In this document: piece by piece, positions 24,261 to 38,590 of the stretch
Layout: the number at the start of each line of letters is the position of its first letter
Position numbering within the stretch: the first letter of the stretch is position 1
Source of the DNA: the human T2T-CHM13v2.0 reference genome, Homo sapiens
NCBI RefSeq assembly: GCF_009914755.1
Contig: NC_060927.1
DNA: 64,000 bases
Direction: 5' to 3' (one strand)
The notes under the pieces: model-generated
What the model was told of the DNA's origin: nothing
Seen by the model: the letters and a program-made list of their open reading frames with translations, nothing else
The model's database searches: none
Program-made: the position numbers and the translations under genes

Positions 24261-26583
24261 GCCATGAAAGATGTTGTTAATCTCAGAATAGAGTTAAGAG
24301 GAAATTAAAGCTTACTTTTAAACTATTTTACACTTACTGGCAGGCAGGAGCCAAGTGGTTCCTATAGTCTCAAATGTAGAGATTTATCAAAGCTGTAAGG
24401 AAGGTATGGCGCTAAAAGGTGCAGAAAACTGGCTTCAATTAACATTCTAATCATCACTGTCAACGCCATTATGCAACTCTGTGTAGAGTGGCATATTCGG
24501 CACTGTGGGGTTAAACATAAGCAGTGGGCGCTGCCTTCCCTAGAATCGCAGTATCGAGAGCTGTTGTCAACAGCTCAATTCGGGGCCTGCAGACAAAAGG
24601 TTCTGTACCCACTTACCAATTCCCTGAGCTCTCCAGTCCCTGGTAAATTGCTTTTGAACACATTCTCAACTTTTATCTTTTTTTTTTTAAATGAAAATGT
24701 TAGTGGGTAAAATCCAGTATAAGGGACACATTATTCTGAGAGCATAGCTTTCCCTACCGATACCAGCGTCATTTCCACTGCTCTGTAATAAGTAGCTGCA
24801 GCTGTTGCCATGGCGATTTTCATTTTTAAAAACTGTATCCATACAAAGACAGGCAACGCAGCTGTTTCCATGAAGCATCACGAAATAAGCCCAGATGTAA
24901 TGGCACTCCTGCCTTTTTCCAGAATTAAGGAGATGTGTCTAAAAGTCCAGGTAGAGCCAAAGGATGGGGCTGTAGCTGTGCCTTGAGAGGAGCCTCCTGC
25001 TTTCACTTGAAGCTCAGGACACTAATGGAGGGTAAATTAGTGGCGCTAGTGAGCGTTCAATTTCTACCCAGTTTTCTCAGGCAGATTCTTTGTACCAGTG
25101 AATCACTATTTACACTGTGATTATAACTTCCTCCAATAGCCTCCTTTGAAAAAGACACCGTCTTCCTCTAAATCCGCACATGCTACCCCGGAACATTACA
25201 AGAACAAGCACTGCTGATGGGGCTCAGTACTTGTTTTTCTGAAGTCCCGTGGCCTTCTACCTACATGTTATTAAAATGCTGCAAGCAAGCAAGTCAACAC
25301 AAGTTTTTAAAATCATTCTCCACTTTCCAGTTAGAGGAAGCGTGCTGCCTGCTGCTGCCCTTGTCCTTTAATATGGAGGGAGTTTGGTTTTCTCTGTGTG
25401 TGGTCTGGTAGGCACCAATAAGGACAAAAAGATACCTGTCAAGCTCACCATTTCCTGAACAATGGTATTATCTTTCTCAGGGAACAGGAATCTTTTGTTT
25501 GTTTCTATTTTTGTTTTGAGGCCATTGATTTGCTAGCCAAGCCAGATGCTGAAAATTATGTAAGTAGAACCCACAGGTCGCCTCAATCCCTCATTCTAAA
25601 CAAGATTCAAATGAGTTACCCCCTCACTGACCTGGAGAGCTATTTCTTCTGTCACATAGGTGCAGTGCACCAGATGGGACTGTGGCAGAAGAATAGTTAG
25701 GTGAAGAAAGCCTACCGTGTGCCTCATGGGGAAAGGATTTTAAAAGAAATTATATTTCCTGTCCATAGTCCTCCATCTCATATAACTATTTAACTCGTAA
25801 AAAACATAATTATGTTTCTGAATTTCTTTATATTTTGCCAATCAGTTACAGCTATTTTGTTGTTACTAAGAGCATTGAATTATAAACAGTATAAAACGCC
25901 AAATGCTCAGGAATCTAATAATAAAAGGACTTTTCCTGGAAAGCATAAGTAGTTCTTTTCTTCTATAAGGAGAGCCTCTGTTTGCAAAGAAATACGGCTG
26001 TGCTTAACATCTGAGTAGTCAGCAATCTTAGTGGTGGTGGTTGCTATTAATTGTAGTTGAGATGTGACCTACACATAATCCACAGAAGCCGTGGGGCTTT
26101 ATGAGCACAACAATTGCCTGTGTTTGATTCTACCTTGCCAGGGATACTCTCCAAGATCCTGCAAAATATCATTTCTCTCCTTTGCACTATTGAGATGCAA
26201 ATGGCGCTACTGGCTGACCACCGACAAGCTTTATGAGCAATAAGGAATCCAAATTCCTTCAAGGCATCCTTAAATATTAAAATGTCATACATAAACAAAA
26301 TATGTAATGAACTTCAAATAATTACAACAAACAAAAATCTTATGCGTCCCTCAAGACCTGTAAGAAATCAAAGGGTCTCAGAATATTTCATCTGTCTTAT
26401 CATCGAAGTAAGATATCAATGCCTCTTTCCATTTAAGAAAAATCCCAGAAACCAAATCAAAACAAAAAATTCTGGAGAATGCACTTGTCCAACATAAAGC
26501 AACTAAACAGTCACTGTCCCGATTATTGTTCTCTGGCGTTTTACCTACCAGCCCGGTACTGCTTCCAGATGTTTTGCTACCTT

Positions 26584-26970
26584 TTTTTTTTAATTAAAAA
26601 ATTTTTTTTATAATTATACTTTAAGTTCTGGGATATATGTGCAGAATGTGCAGGTTTGTTACATAGGCATACATGTGACATGGTGGTTTGCTGCACCCAT
26701 CAACCCATCATCTACATTAGGTATTTCTCCAAATGCTATTCCTCCCCTAGCCTCCAACCCCTCAACAGGCCCCGGTGTGTGATGTTCCCCTCCCTGTATC
26801 CATGTGTTCTCTTTGTTCAACTCCCACCTATGAGTGAGAACATGCGGTGTTTGGTTTTCCGTTCCTGTGTTAGTTTATTGAGAATGATGGTTTCCCATCA
26901 ACGATAGATTAGATAAAGAAAATGTGGCACATATACACCATGGAATACTATACAGCCATAAGAAAGGATG
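26584..26970 (-). mobile_element. 5'-truncated L1PA (PA7/8-like) 3' end with a 5' inversion
   Basis: Antisense 3'UTR at 26584-26895, then a sense segment at 26895-26970. The 16-bp TSD is GATGTTTTGCTA(C/T)CTT at 26568-26583 and 26967-26982. Confidence 0.93.
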
Positions 26971-27714
26971 TTTTGCTATCTTAAAGAGAAGCAAGAACTG
27001 AAAGAAATTCCCCTGGATGGACGAGAATTCTATAAGTGTGTGAAAAATACAACAAGTAGAACTCATTAATTTATCAGATTTTAATATTAACACATGGGTA
27101 AGTTGAGCTTTAAAGCTAATAACTCTACTATTTCTAAATATCAATGATCTGCAGAGATTGGTGACATTCTTATTCCCTACATAGAATTGAGATCACCCTC
27201 CCAAAACGCAATAAATCAGAGAGGTTGATCAGCATGAAAATGTCTATGTTGGTCAGCAACCATGGCTAAGGAAAGAATTAGGAAATTATTTCATAGCTAT
27301 CATGAGGAGCTAAAATAATGAAATATAGGAGATATAGACTGTTAAATTAACCATAAGGCTGAAAACATTTTCTCCACAAATGTTTTCAACTACTTCAAAT
27401 CCTCTTTTTCACTGTGCCCAAGGCTAAGTGAGAGGAGACCCACTGGGCTGCCTCTCTCACTCCTGGCAGGGCTTGCTGGAGATCAGAAGAATAATGCAGG
27501 GAGGAAGTTCTGTGTGATTTATTTCAACTGAGCATAACAAAGTGGTGAATGGGGATGTAAGCGGAAATGCTGCAAGTGTATTTGTGTAAGCACACATTTC
27601 ATTTCTCTTAGACATGGGAAGTTGAGGGGAGAAACAGTCTCAATAATGACAGTGGGGGGTTATTTTTCAAAATGTCTTGTCTTTGATGTAATTCTGATAT
27701 TAATGTTTCTATTG

Positions 27715-27860
27715 AGATTCATGTTTATTCATTCAATGAATATTTACTGAGTACCTCCTGACAGCCTGGCCCTATTGTAGGTGCTGGAGATATGCAAGTG
27801 AATATGACATGGAAGGACTCAGGGAGATAGGCAATAAATATACAAATTAACAATCAGTCT
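27715..27860 (-). mobile_element. L2 3' end
   Basis: Contains 'ttcattcaatgaatatttactgagtacct...gtgctggagat'. Confidence 0.7.
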
Positions 27861-29859
27861 TTTGAGATGGGAAATCATTTGTAACCCTCCCCACCCCCAA
27901 ATTTAAAATAATTCAGAATTTAGAATTACAAAGGGACTTCAACAATATCTCATCTGCATTTCTTCATATTCCCATGAAATAAATTTTGTGGTAAGCTTCA
28001 TTTTGTAGAATTTGGAATTGAAATTCAGTCAAGTTGAATGACTTGGCGAAATCCATTTCAACAGTCAATGGGGGAGCCAGCGTTTCTATTCTGCAGAACC
28101 TCTGCTCTTTCACTGTATCACACACCACCTCCACAGATTGTTTTTAACATTTGTGCTTCTATGTGCAGTTTCAAAATCTGGTATTAAACCGCTTTCCAAA
28201 TTCATGTATTTAACCCTCCCACCTCTGGTGCCAACTCAGCGCTGCAGATTTCAAATAAATCATTGCTTTCAAATTAAGTTTACTATAAAGAATCTATTGG
28301 AAGGTAATTTGATAAGTGGCTACATCAGATGAAATGTGAACATGACTTTGCATGATCACTGCCCCTTCTATAGGCTTTTCTGGAGGAAACACCTTCACTG
28401 GTCTCGAGACACTCTCACTTTGCTACATGGCATTGTGCCATGCCCCCCACTGTTCCAACATCCCCCCTCTACCCTCACTGTTCCTGCAGTACCCCTTGCT
28501 GCCATCATCACTGCACTCACACTCCCCTGGCTCAGACTTGCTCTGCAGTTCCTGGAGAAATTCTACTTTGTTGCCTTTCCAGCCTATATACAGCAGTATT
28601 CCCATGTCCTTTTTTGTTTAAATTCTTAGCCAATGTCTTTCTCCAAGTTTTAAAAACTAATTGTTCCTACAGGTTTTATTTGTCCTTAATATTATCATGT
28701 AAGAAATTAACTTTGGTGTTGTGTCATTTATTGTCTCAAATCAGCCAAGAGTTAGAGGCGAGCAGGGCTGTTTGACCACATTGTTTTGGCATGTCCAGGG
28801 CTTGTTCACTATGGGACCAGCAGCACGTAGCCCAGTCTGGAGCAAAGAGCCTCCTTCCTGTGCATGCTCCTGACATCAGCTAAGGTTCTGGCTCAGGCCC
28901 AAGAACTAGGTCAACACATTTCAAGATCTCAACGTGAGATCTGGGTGAACGTCCACCTCTTAAGATGTTCTCTCCAGTGAGGAAGGCCAGCTGGAACAGG
29001 TCAATTGCTCGAAACATTCACTAGCTGCCTTTACAAGGACTTAGTTAATTTTAACAATTCTTTTACCCTCTAGACATTTTTAATGCTTAAATATCTTAAT
29101 TTAACTGTTTAATAATAGTTATTGTACTTTAATAAATATTTCATTTATTTTAAATGTTTTAATAATTTCTTTTAAAAGACTAGGAAATATAGACACAAAT
29201 GGGGCAATTCTATAGTCTAAAATTATAGAGGTTAACTCTGTTTTTCCTGGTTGAATATGGTATCTGATGCTTAGCTCTGTATTATTGGGTAAGTTGCTGA
29301 AGCTACCCGTACAATAGGGATAATGATAGCACTTGACTTCCCCAAAGAAACCCCTTTAACCTTGGAAAACGATTCCCTTCATTCAGTTTCAACTCTGTCC
29401 CTGAGGGCCATTTAAGATGCAGCCCTCCTAAAAATATAGCATTTGAAATGGCATTTCCAAGATTTGTGGATAAGAATGCTGATGACCACATGTGAGCATA
29501 ATGGCGCTTTAAAGCCAAGATTTCCTCTTCCATAGTCTATGCACAGAAATCTGCAGCCTCAAGCTCTTAAATTCTTGAACACATTCAGGTTTTAAGGAAA
29601 CTGTTGACTTTATCAATGTAGAGATGGGAAAGAAATATGCAAACTAGGCCTGCACCTTTTCATACCATTTGGTCCAGGTACATTTGTCTCCTGGGATTGG
29701 AATTATATACATTTCTCACTGATCAATAACATAAATATTGACTTTCACCCATAGAAGTCATCTCTGAATGGTCTTCATCCAATACTTAAAAGTGCTCACA
29801 TCTGAGATTCTAGAAGGACCATCTAAAGTATGTGAGATCCAAGCATGCTTCCAGGTTAC

Positions 29860-30350
29860 TGTGGTAGGCAGCCTTCAAGATGGCCCTCAATGATCCCTGA
29901 CACTTGGTATTCACGCCCTCTACATTCCTCTCTCACATTGCACTAGGGTGGTCTGTGTGACCAACAGAATTGGCTGGAAGTGACAGTATGTCAGTTCTGA
30001 GATTAGATTGAATCCATTTTGGTTGCTCTTTCATTCTCTCACAATATTTCTCTTGAATTATTCTCTCTGGGGAAAGCAAACTCTTGTGCAGCCCTGTAGA
30101 GAAGTCTGTGGCAAGAAACTGAAGTTCTCACTCAACAGCCATATGAGCAAGCTTGGAAGTGGATCCTTTGGTCCTGGTCAAGTCTTCAGAGGCTATAATC
30201 CTGGCCAACAGCTTGTCTGCAACCTCATGAGAGACCATAACTAGAACCAGTCAGCCTAAAGAGATCTTTAGAAACTGTGAGATCATAAATGTTTGCTATA
30301 TTAGGCAGCAAAGTTGTGATGTAATTTGTTACACAGAAATGGACAACCGT
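29860..30350 (+). mobile_element. MLT1F-like MaLR LTR
   Basis: Starts TGTGGTAGGCAGCCTTCAAGATGGCCC and ends 'gaaactgtgagatcataaatgtttg...gtaatttgttacacag'. Confidence 0.85.
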
Positions 30351-30854
30351 TACTTAGGCTCTACCTTTGTTTCATAGCAGATCACCAGAAACAACCTGAC
30401 GTGAGTATTTTAGCAGTGGCTTTATTCAGTTAGGGGTCACTGTTTTACTTTTTGCTTTTACAGAGGGGTGACTTTTAGAAGGTGCATTTGAAGAATTCTT
30501 CTGTGTCTTTTGTAAGACTATAATCAAGAACATTGTCTATGACGTCACTTCATGCTTTATTTCTCACAGAATTCGATAACAGAAAAAAACACATTGTTGA
30601 TGACTTGAGTATTTTCTTTAACTGACCTGCAGAATCATAAAAACTGACGTGCTTTCCTTTTCACTCTGTTGCCAGGATGCTCTGAATAAAATTTAGTTCT
30701 AAATTAAGGTCTATTTTGTGCCAGATACACATTTTTTTTAAGAAAGTGATACAGTTTTTTACTTTTAGTTATCCTTTTTGAAATAAATATTCCTTAGCCC
30801 TGTAAGCCCACTCAAGTTCTTTATGGAAGTAATTAATTCAAGGTACTGTGAATT

Positions 30855-31190
30855 TGTTGATTCCCTGTTACATGCCAAGCAGGGTGCGAAGCTCTGGAAA
30901 CACATAGATGAATAAGACAAGAAGTAAGGTTTTCTCTTATGGAGCTCAAAACCTAGTGATGAAGAGCTATGTGGAGAACCAAGCATAAAACTAGGTGACA
31001 GACACAGTCTTCATAGAGTAAATGTAGCAAGCTGGGAGTGCTAGTGAGAGAAGATGACTCCTGAGTTGGGATGGCAACCAGAACTGGGCCTGATGAAGAA
31101 GGAGAGGCTGGCATTAAGGCTCAGAGAAAATAATAGTTGTCTAGGATGTGGTGAAGAAGTTTAGTATGACTGAAGTGGGGTGGAGTGAAG
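30855..31190 (-). mobile_element. L2 fragment
   Basis: Contains 'gatgaataagaca...ctcttatggagctca'. Confidence 0.55.
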
Positions 31191-31896
31191 GTGGAAGTAT
31201 ATAAAGTGCAAATCAAACACAATTAATATGCCTCCGAGTATGTGAGAACACAGTTTACATGGAAGAGATTGCAATACAGTAAAAGCTACTTTTTCCACAT
31301 TAGGTACTGGCTAAATTATAAATAGCTAACCTACCAGAGAATAATAAAGCCATTTAATAACAGTTTACAGTACTCCCACTCAGCTGTGATATTGTTGAAT
31401 TCTTGCAAAACAAGAAAGAAGCAATACTTTAGAACTGGAAACATGTCCAATTCTTATTCATTGCCCACAGATTCTGGCAAGTTTTCAATGAGGGCCCCTC
31501 CGGTTGAAACAAGTTAGAGACTGAATTCTGGAGGCTCTGCTTCTGCAGGAACCATTAAGCGTCACAAAGGGACAAATGCACCAACATGAAGCAGAAGTGA
31601 AAGCCCCTTTTCTGCTTGTCTAAACCACATGGAGCGCATTATGTTCATATTTACTACAAGTGGTCTCTATATTTTCTTTACAGGACTTTAGATTGTTGCC
31701 CCAAATAACAAATATACTTCCTTTGGAGCGCATCAAAAGAGCAGGGCCAACATCCTGATCTCAGTGTATTAAAGAAGTGCCTGAGTGCTCAAACATTCAG
31801 CAGCTAACCAGATTCATCAGCCCTTTACACATTTGGTAGGATTCTAATGGTGACTTCTTTGATGGTACACTATAACTTGTTCTAATCTTTAGAACA

Positions 31897-32228
31897 GAAG
31901 TTGCCAACTCAGGTGCCTGCAAGGCCACACCTGTGATGGAAAGGAACAACCTGTCTGTGGAACCCAGGAGAATGATGGGAACCCCAACACACCAAGCCAG
32001 CAGCTATTCCCACACACTGGCACAGGGCTGCAGTGTTGGAACATGAACTTTCTGGTTATTTTTGCTTGTTTGTTTAAGAGAAACTGAAAGTCTAAACCAT
32101 TGTGTAAAATTTGCCAATTTTTAAATGTTGGCATCGCATATAAAAGATTTAAGCTGTGTGTGGACTAAACAAAGTACATCTGCAGATGAGATCTGGCCTG
32201 TGGACCACACATTTGTAACTTAAGCTTT
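31897..32228 (-). mobile_element. MER102-like (hAT-Charlie)
   Basis: Antisense counterpart of the motifs at 44012-44360. Confidence 0.6.
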
Positions 32229-32688
32229 AGACAATCATATTAGCAGATATTATCTCTGGCATATATTGAAGGAATTGTACAGAAACCACTTTTAAGGCCT
32301 CAAATTTGTTTTCGGTGACCTTATGACATCACTCAGTGCTGACAGGTGTATAGAACCGTGTTAAGCAAGTTATGCAACCTCAGAAAGCCATTAAAAGATG
32401 GTTCCAGATACAAGTACAAATAAGCTGATAGAGAAATCTCTCCTGCATTTGTGTATATAAATTATAACAATGTTTTAAACACATAGCTGAACTCAAATCC
32501 CCAGAGGTAAGAAACAAAGGGAAAACCCACAGTGAGAACGATAAGCTCTGCTCCATGCTATTTATAAAGAAAACCCTCACAAAAGATGTGTGGGTGCTGC
32601 TTTAACTGACCTGAAGAATCATATAAATTAATATCCTTCTCATTTCATTCTAACATTGTCTCACAAAAATATTTAAAAGATATACATA

Positions 32689-32971
32689 GGCTGGGCACGG
32701 TGGCTCAGGTCTGTAATCCTAGCACAGCACGTTGGGAGGCTGAGGTGGGTGGACCACCTGAGGTCAGGAGTTCGATACCAGCCTGGCCAACATGGCAAAA
32801 CCCCTTCTCTACTAAAAATACAAAAATTAGCCAGGCATGGTGGCAGGCGCCTATAACCCCAGCTACTCAGGAGGCTAAGGCAGGAGAATTGCTGGAACCT
32901 GGGGGAACGAGATGGAGGTTGCAGTGAGCTGAGGTGGTGCCACTTCACTTCAGACTGGGCGAAAGAGTGAA

Positions 32972-32975
<4 letters not shown>
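32689..32975 (+). mobile_element. AluS (Sx-like) with its tail replaced by a microsatellite
   Basis: Dimer containing 'cacctgaggtcaggagttcg' and small internal insertions. Confidence 0.92.

Positions 32976-33030
<55 letters not shown>
32972..33030. repeat. (CT)n(AT)n compound microsatellite
   Basis: Seen directly at the Alu 3' end. Confidence 0.95.
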
Positions 33031-33031
<1 letters not shown>

Positions 33032-33049
33032 AAACCACTATGAAGGGAA

Positions 33050-35560
33050 GGCAGATAATTTAAAAACATTAAAAAGAAGAGCTAGTAGTGTAAAAAGATA
33101 GAAACAGAACAGCCTGAAAGATTTTCTAAAACAACTGCATTTAAATAATTAAAAATATCATTAAATTAAATATAAAATACAATGAAAGAATAGGACTCTA
33201 GACAATTTGAAAAAGGAAGAATTAAAATCTAGAGTGTAAACCATAGGCAATAAAATTGAAAACTCAGTTGGCACAGCTCAACCGAGAATTAGAACAGGAT
33301 CTGAGGGAATCATCCAGAACACAGGTTAAAAAACAAAAAGATAGAAAGGTAAAATGTAAAAGAATGTTAATGGGCATGCAGAATAAATTAAAAAATAGTC
33401 CAACATATATCTGTTGCAGAAGAAAGAAGGTAGGTGAGAGAGGAACTATTCTAAGAAATTTTTTTTGTAGAACTGAAGAAACATATCAAATTCTGAGTGG
33501 AATAAGTAAAATAAACACTCAGATTTGCTGTAGTAAAACTGTACAAAATACAATACATAGAGAGAAAGTAAAATATCAACCAGAGAGAAAAGACAGATTA
33601 GCTAAAAAATAGAATAACAATTACAGAGCATATTTTAAATCAATATCAAAAACAAAATAAATACAAAAAAATATAAAATATAATTACCTAATATCAACAA
33701 AGTTCTGAGGGAAAATATTTGTTAATTTTGAATTCTATATCCAGATAAACTATATTTCAAAAGTGAGGACAAAATAGATTTTTAAGCAAAAGAATAATAA
33801 TTACTGCTAAATTACTACTACCGAGATAATTTACTAATCATATGCTTTTAGTAAGAGAATCACTAAAGGAAAAACTTCAGAAAGAATAAAACTGAACACA
33901 GAGGAAAGAGTAGGTGCATGAAGCATTGTTAAGCAAACAAACTGTTAAACATGTAGAGAAGCCAAAGTAACCACTAATTGTAAAATAATAATGATTACTG
34001 AATGGTTAAAAATAAGGTAGAACTAAAACACTAGCAAATTGATAGCATAAATAACGGAAGGGATGAAAATCATTAAAGCATTTTAATTTATACATAGTGT
34101 CCAGGATGATGCTAGGAATATTTGTTTATTTCAGAGCTTGTTAATTATGTATTCTATGTTAATTATGTAGGCTAAAATTTAAGGATAATGACTAAAATAA
34201 TGGAAGAAACTAGAAAGAGTCACTCCATAGTAATAGAACAACAACAACAAAAGGGACATAGAGAATTCAATAATCAATCCAAACAAAATCAGGAAAGAGG
34301 AAAACAAGAACCCTAGAAAAAGCATTTACATTGAAAACACAAAATAAGGTATGAGATATATTTATATATACATATATAACAGATGTATATTTAATATATA
34401 TAAATGTTTGGCATGTGATTTATATGTGTTTTAAATGTGTTATGTTTTATAGCACAAATATTTTTAACTTATATATGTATAATTTTCACAGGAGTACAAA
34501 GAGGTATATTCATATACAGAAGGATATTCACATGGCATTTTTGGAATACTGAAAAAATGACAACACCTCAAAGGTCTAGTAATAGAAAATGCGCAAATAA
34601 AGTGTAATATATAATGAAATATTAAACAACAGTTAACATGAATGAATTGTGTCTAGAATTACCAATATGGATAAATTGTAAAAGACATAATGGTGAAGAA
34701 TAGCAAAAGCAAGTTGTAAAAGGATAACAGAGCAGACTCTTGACTGGCTACCTAAAAGTCATCAATAGCCTCCTTTTTTATTTTTCTGGTGATATTCTCT
34801 ACTGAGGGTGCTGAAAAGTTAAAAGAATCAGCAACTTGCCCTTTCTTGCAGCAAGGGGTACATCAGTTCTAGCAAATAATATGCAGTGAACATCTGTGGG
34901 TGTTTTCCCCTTCCCAAAAAGAAAGATAAAACTTAACAAGAGCAAGGCTTTTGGCTGTTGGTCTTCCCTCTTTGTCCTCCCTGGAATGTGAACTTCTGAG
35001 GTTTAGTTTGCTAACTTGCAAGCAACAGGTGAAGAGTCACACACCAGGATAGTGAAGCAGGATGGATAGATGACATCAGCGGGCCAAGGACCACCACGGT
35101 GGGCTTTCCCTAGACTTCTTGTTATGCAGACAAACAATATTCTTAGTTCTTTAATATCCTGTGGAAGGACTTTTTTTCTGGTACTGGTAGCTAAATGCAA
35201 TGTAATTGAAACATATAAGTACAGTATAATACCATTTATGTAAAATTTTAAAAATATAGAAATCTGTTATATATTGCTTATGGGTACAGACAGACATAAC
35301 GCATATGAAAAACTGGTCAGGAAGGACCCACATTGAGGTTAAGATGTGGTTACCTGTGCAGAGAAAGGTGTTAGGGGAAGGGAAAGAATAGGGAGGAACA
35401 GGACTATGGCTGTTGCTATATTTTATTCTTTTAAAAAGAGTTCTAAAGTAATATCAATGCTGAAAAAGAATCTGAGTGATGAGTGCTAGTTTTTTTCTGT
35501 ATATAGCTGAATTATTTTAAAACTTTTATCTAGAATAAAATAAATTTGAAATTACGTAAA
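33050..35560 (+). mobile_element. Ancient L1 (L1M/L1ME/HAL1-like) fragments
   Basis: A-rich strand with ORF1-like 'gaattctatatccagataaactatatttcaaaagtgagg' and 3'-end-like 'agtataataccatttatgtaaa'. Confidence 0.6.
34731..35213 (+). mobile_element. Old MLT1 (I/J/K-like) MaLR LTR nested in an L1ME 3' end
   Basis: MLT1-like motifs 'ctggaatgtgaac', 'gacttcttgttatg' and 'gtagctaaatgcaa'. L1ME-like sequence resumes on both sides. Confidence 0.6.
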
Positions 35561-36039
35561 CTCCTTAGCTGTCTATGATGCGACACGGTTCGTTGTGGGT
35601 GGTGCTCTGTAATTCCCTTATCTGATCCATTTTTCTCACTCCAGTGAGTGAAAGCAGGGTTGAAGATGAGTCTATTCTCCATCAGACTGTGCTATGTATA
35701 GATCCACTGCAACCCTAGCAAATGACCTAAGAGAACAGATTCCTGGGAAGCTTTCATGTTGTGTCAGGGTAAGCAAATAACAGTTCTGGACACAGTGTTC
35801 CAAAAACATTAGATGACTGCATCTAAAGAATGCAAGCAAGATGCAAGCAAAAAAACATGGTGATTGGCACTTGGAGTTGGTGAAGACAAAGATATGGAAT
35901 AACGACAAGCTTGAAGAAATCCCAGCTCATGGGTGAATTTTCTATAGAATAGGATAGCCTAGAATCAATACTTTTTCAATTACATTTAAAAATTGTTTAC
36001 ACAATCTAGTATTTGGGCAGCAAGCTAGGAATGTTGTAG

Positions 36040-37090
<1,051 letters not shown>

Positions 37091-37529
37091 TTTCTCTGAG
37101 CAGCCAGCCATTATCGCAAACCCCACCTTGGAGGCTTTCCTCTCTTGAAAACTAAACCAAAAAGGTTCTGGACTAAGGACAACAGGCATGGAGGGAGCAG
37201 GAGTGGGATACAGCCCTGACTACAGGTTGGTGAAGTGAAATCCATAGAACGAACTGTGAGAACCCCAGACCCCTTTCCACACAGGGCTCCCAGAATGTTG
37301 GCATTCAACTTAAACCTCCTATGAGAGAAATTATCTGGAGAAATAGACTGGTTCACAGATAATGAGATTTAGAGGTGCCTTCAAATAAAGGCCAGATTTC
37401 TTAGTTATCCTACAGTGAGGCTCACCAGTTGATGAGCTTAGAACTTGCCCCTGCTCCAGTCCCTCTTTCTTTTTCACCTCCCTCTTAAATACGGTTACTC
37501 AGTCTGGGCTTTCTACAGAAGTGAGGAAA

Positions 37530-38190
37530 AACAGAATCAAAAGGACCGAAAAAAAAATTGCAGAAAGCAAACACAATTTAAGGTGCCAAAAAAAACTTCC
37601 AAAAACTATTATCAATATTTTCAGAGGCAAGAGAAGATATTGCATTCATGTAAGGGCATAGAAGGCTAGAAAAAAATTTCAGAAAAACAAAAAAGCTTTT
37701 AGAAATAAAAATACAAGGATTGAAATGAAAATTTCAAAATTGGAACATAAAGTTGGGGAAATCTTCCACAAAATATTTATATTGATAGAATATAGATAAA
37801 AAGATGTTTGAGTGAGTGATATAAAGAATTGAAAAGCAGAAGAGAAAAGATGAGATCACATCAGTTGGTCCAATATTTTTACTAAATAGGTTCCATAAGA
37901 AAGAGAAGAGAGAAAAGATGAAATTATCAAAGGAATGGCATGAGAAAATTTTCCACATTACAAGATATGAATTTCTAAATTGAAGGGCCCAAACATGAAA
38001 CATGATGAGTAGAAACGAGCATTATACCAGACACATTATTGTGATATTTCAATATAAAATAAAGATAAGAGTCTAAATGATTTCTTGAGAGACAAAAGAT
38101 AAATCACAAATGCAGTGATAAAAATCATACAGCAGTAGATTTCTGAAAACAGCACTGAAAACTAGAAGACAATAAAATATGTCTTAATTA
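37530..38190 (+). mobile_element. Ancient L1 ORF1-region fragment
   Basis: Contains 'aataggttccataagaaagag', 'gaaaattttccac', 'attgaagggccc' and 'agacacattattgtga'. Confidence 0.6.
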
Positions 38191-38310
38191 CAGCCTGGGA
38201 GCCTGAATAAAAATAATAGGTAGACTCAGAGTGGATCTTGGATGGAAGGTCAAGAAATCAAGTATAATAATGTTATACAAAGTAACTGGAGATTAAAGGA
38301 AAGAACCCCC

Positions 38311-38590
38311 TTATTTTTGAGACAGGGTCTCACTCTGTCACTCAAGTTGGAGTGCAGTGATCCGATCATGGCTCACTCCAGTCCCGACCTCCTGGGTCTA
38401 AGTAATCTTCTTGTCTCAGCCTCCTGAATAGCTAGGACTACAGGAACACACCACCATACCTGGCTAATTAAGAAAAAAAATATTTAGAGATAGGGTCTCA
38501 CTATGTTGCCCAGGCTAGTCTCAAATTCCTGGGTTCAAATGTCTCAAGCCAAAGTGTTGGGATTACAGACATAAGCCACCATGCCTGGCC
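38311..38590 (-). mobile_element. AluJ (diverged)
   Basis: Antisense dimer with a small deletion in the left arm. Confidence 0.9.

Noticed and set aside
25030-25052. CTCF-like GTGGCGCTAG
   Set aside because: Only the 3' half of the motif matches.
35395-35420. GCCATAGTCC on the minus strand, resembling the upstream SLC9A9 exon end (AIVL)
   Set aside because: The flanking codons do not encode NDAV or TY and there are no splice sites. It lies in old L1 sequence.
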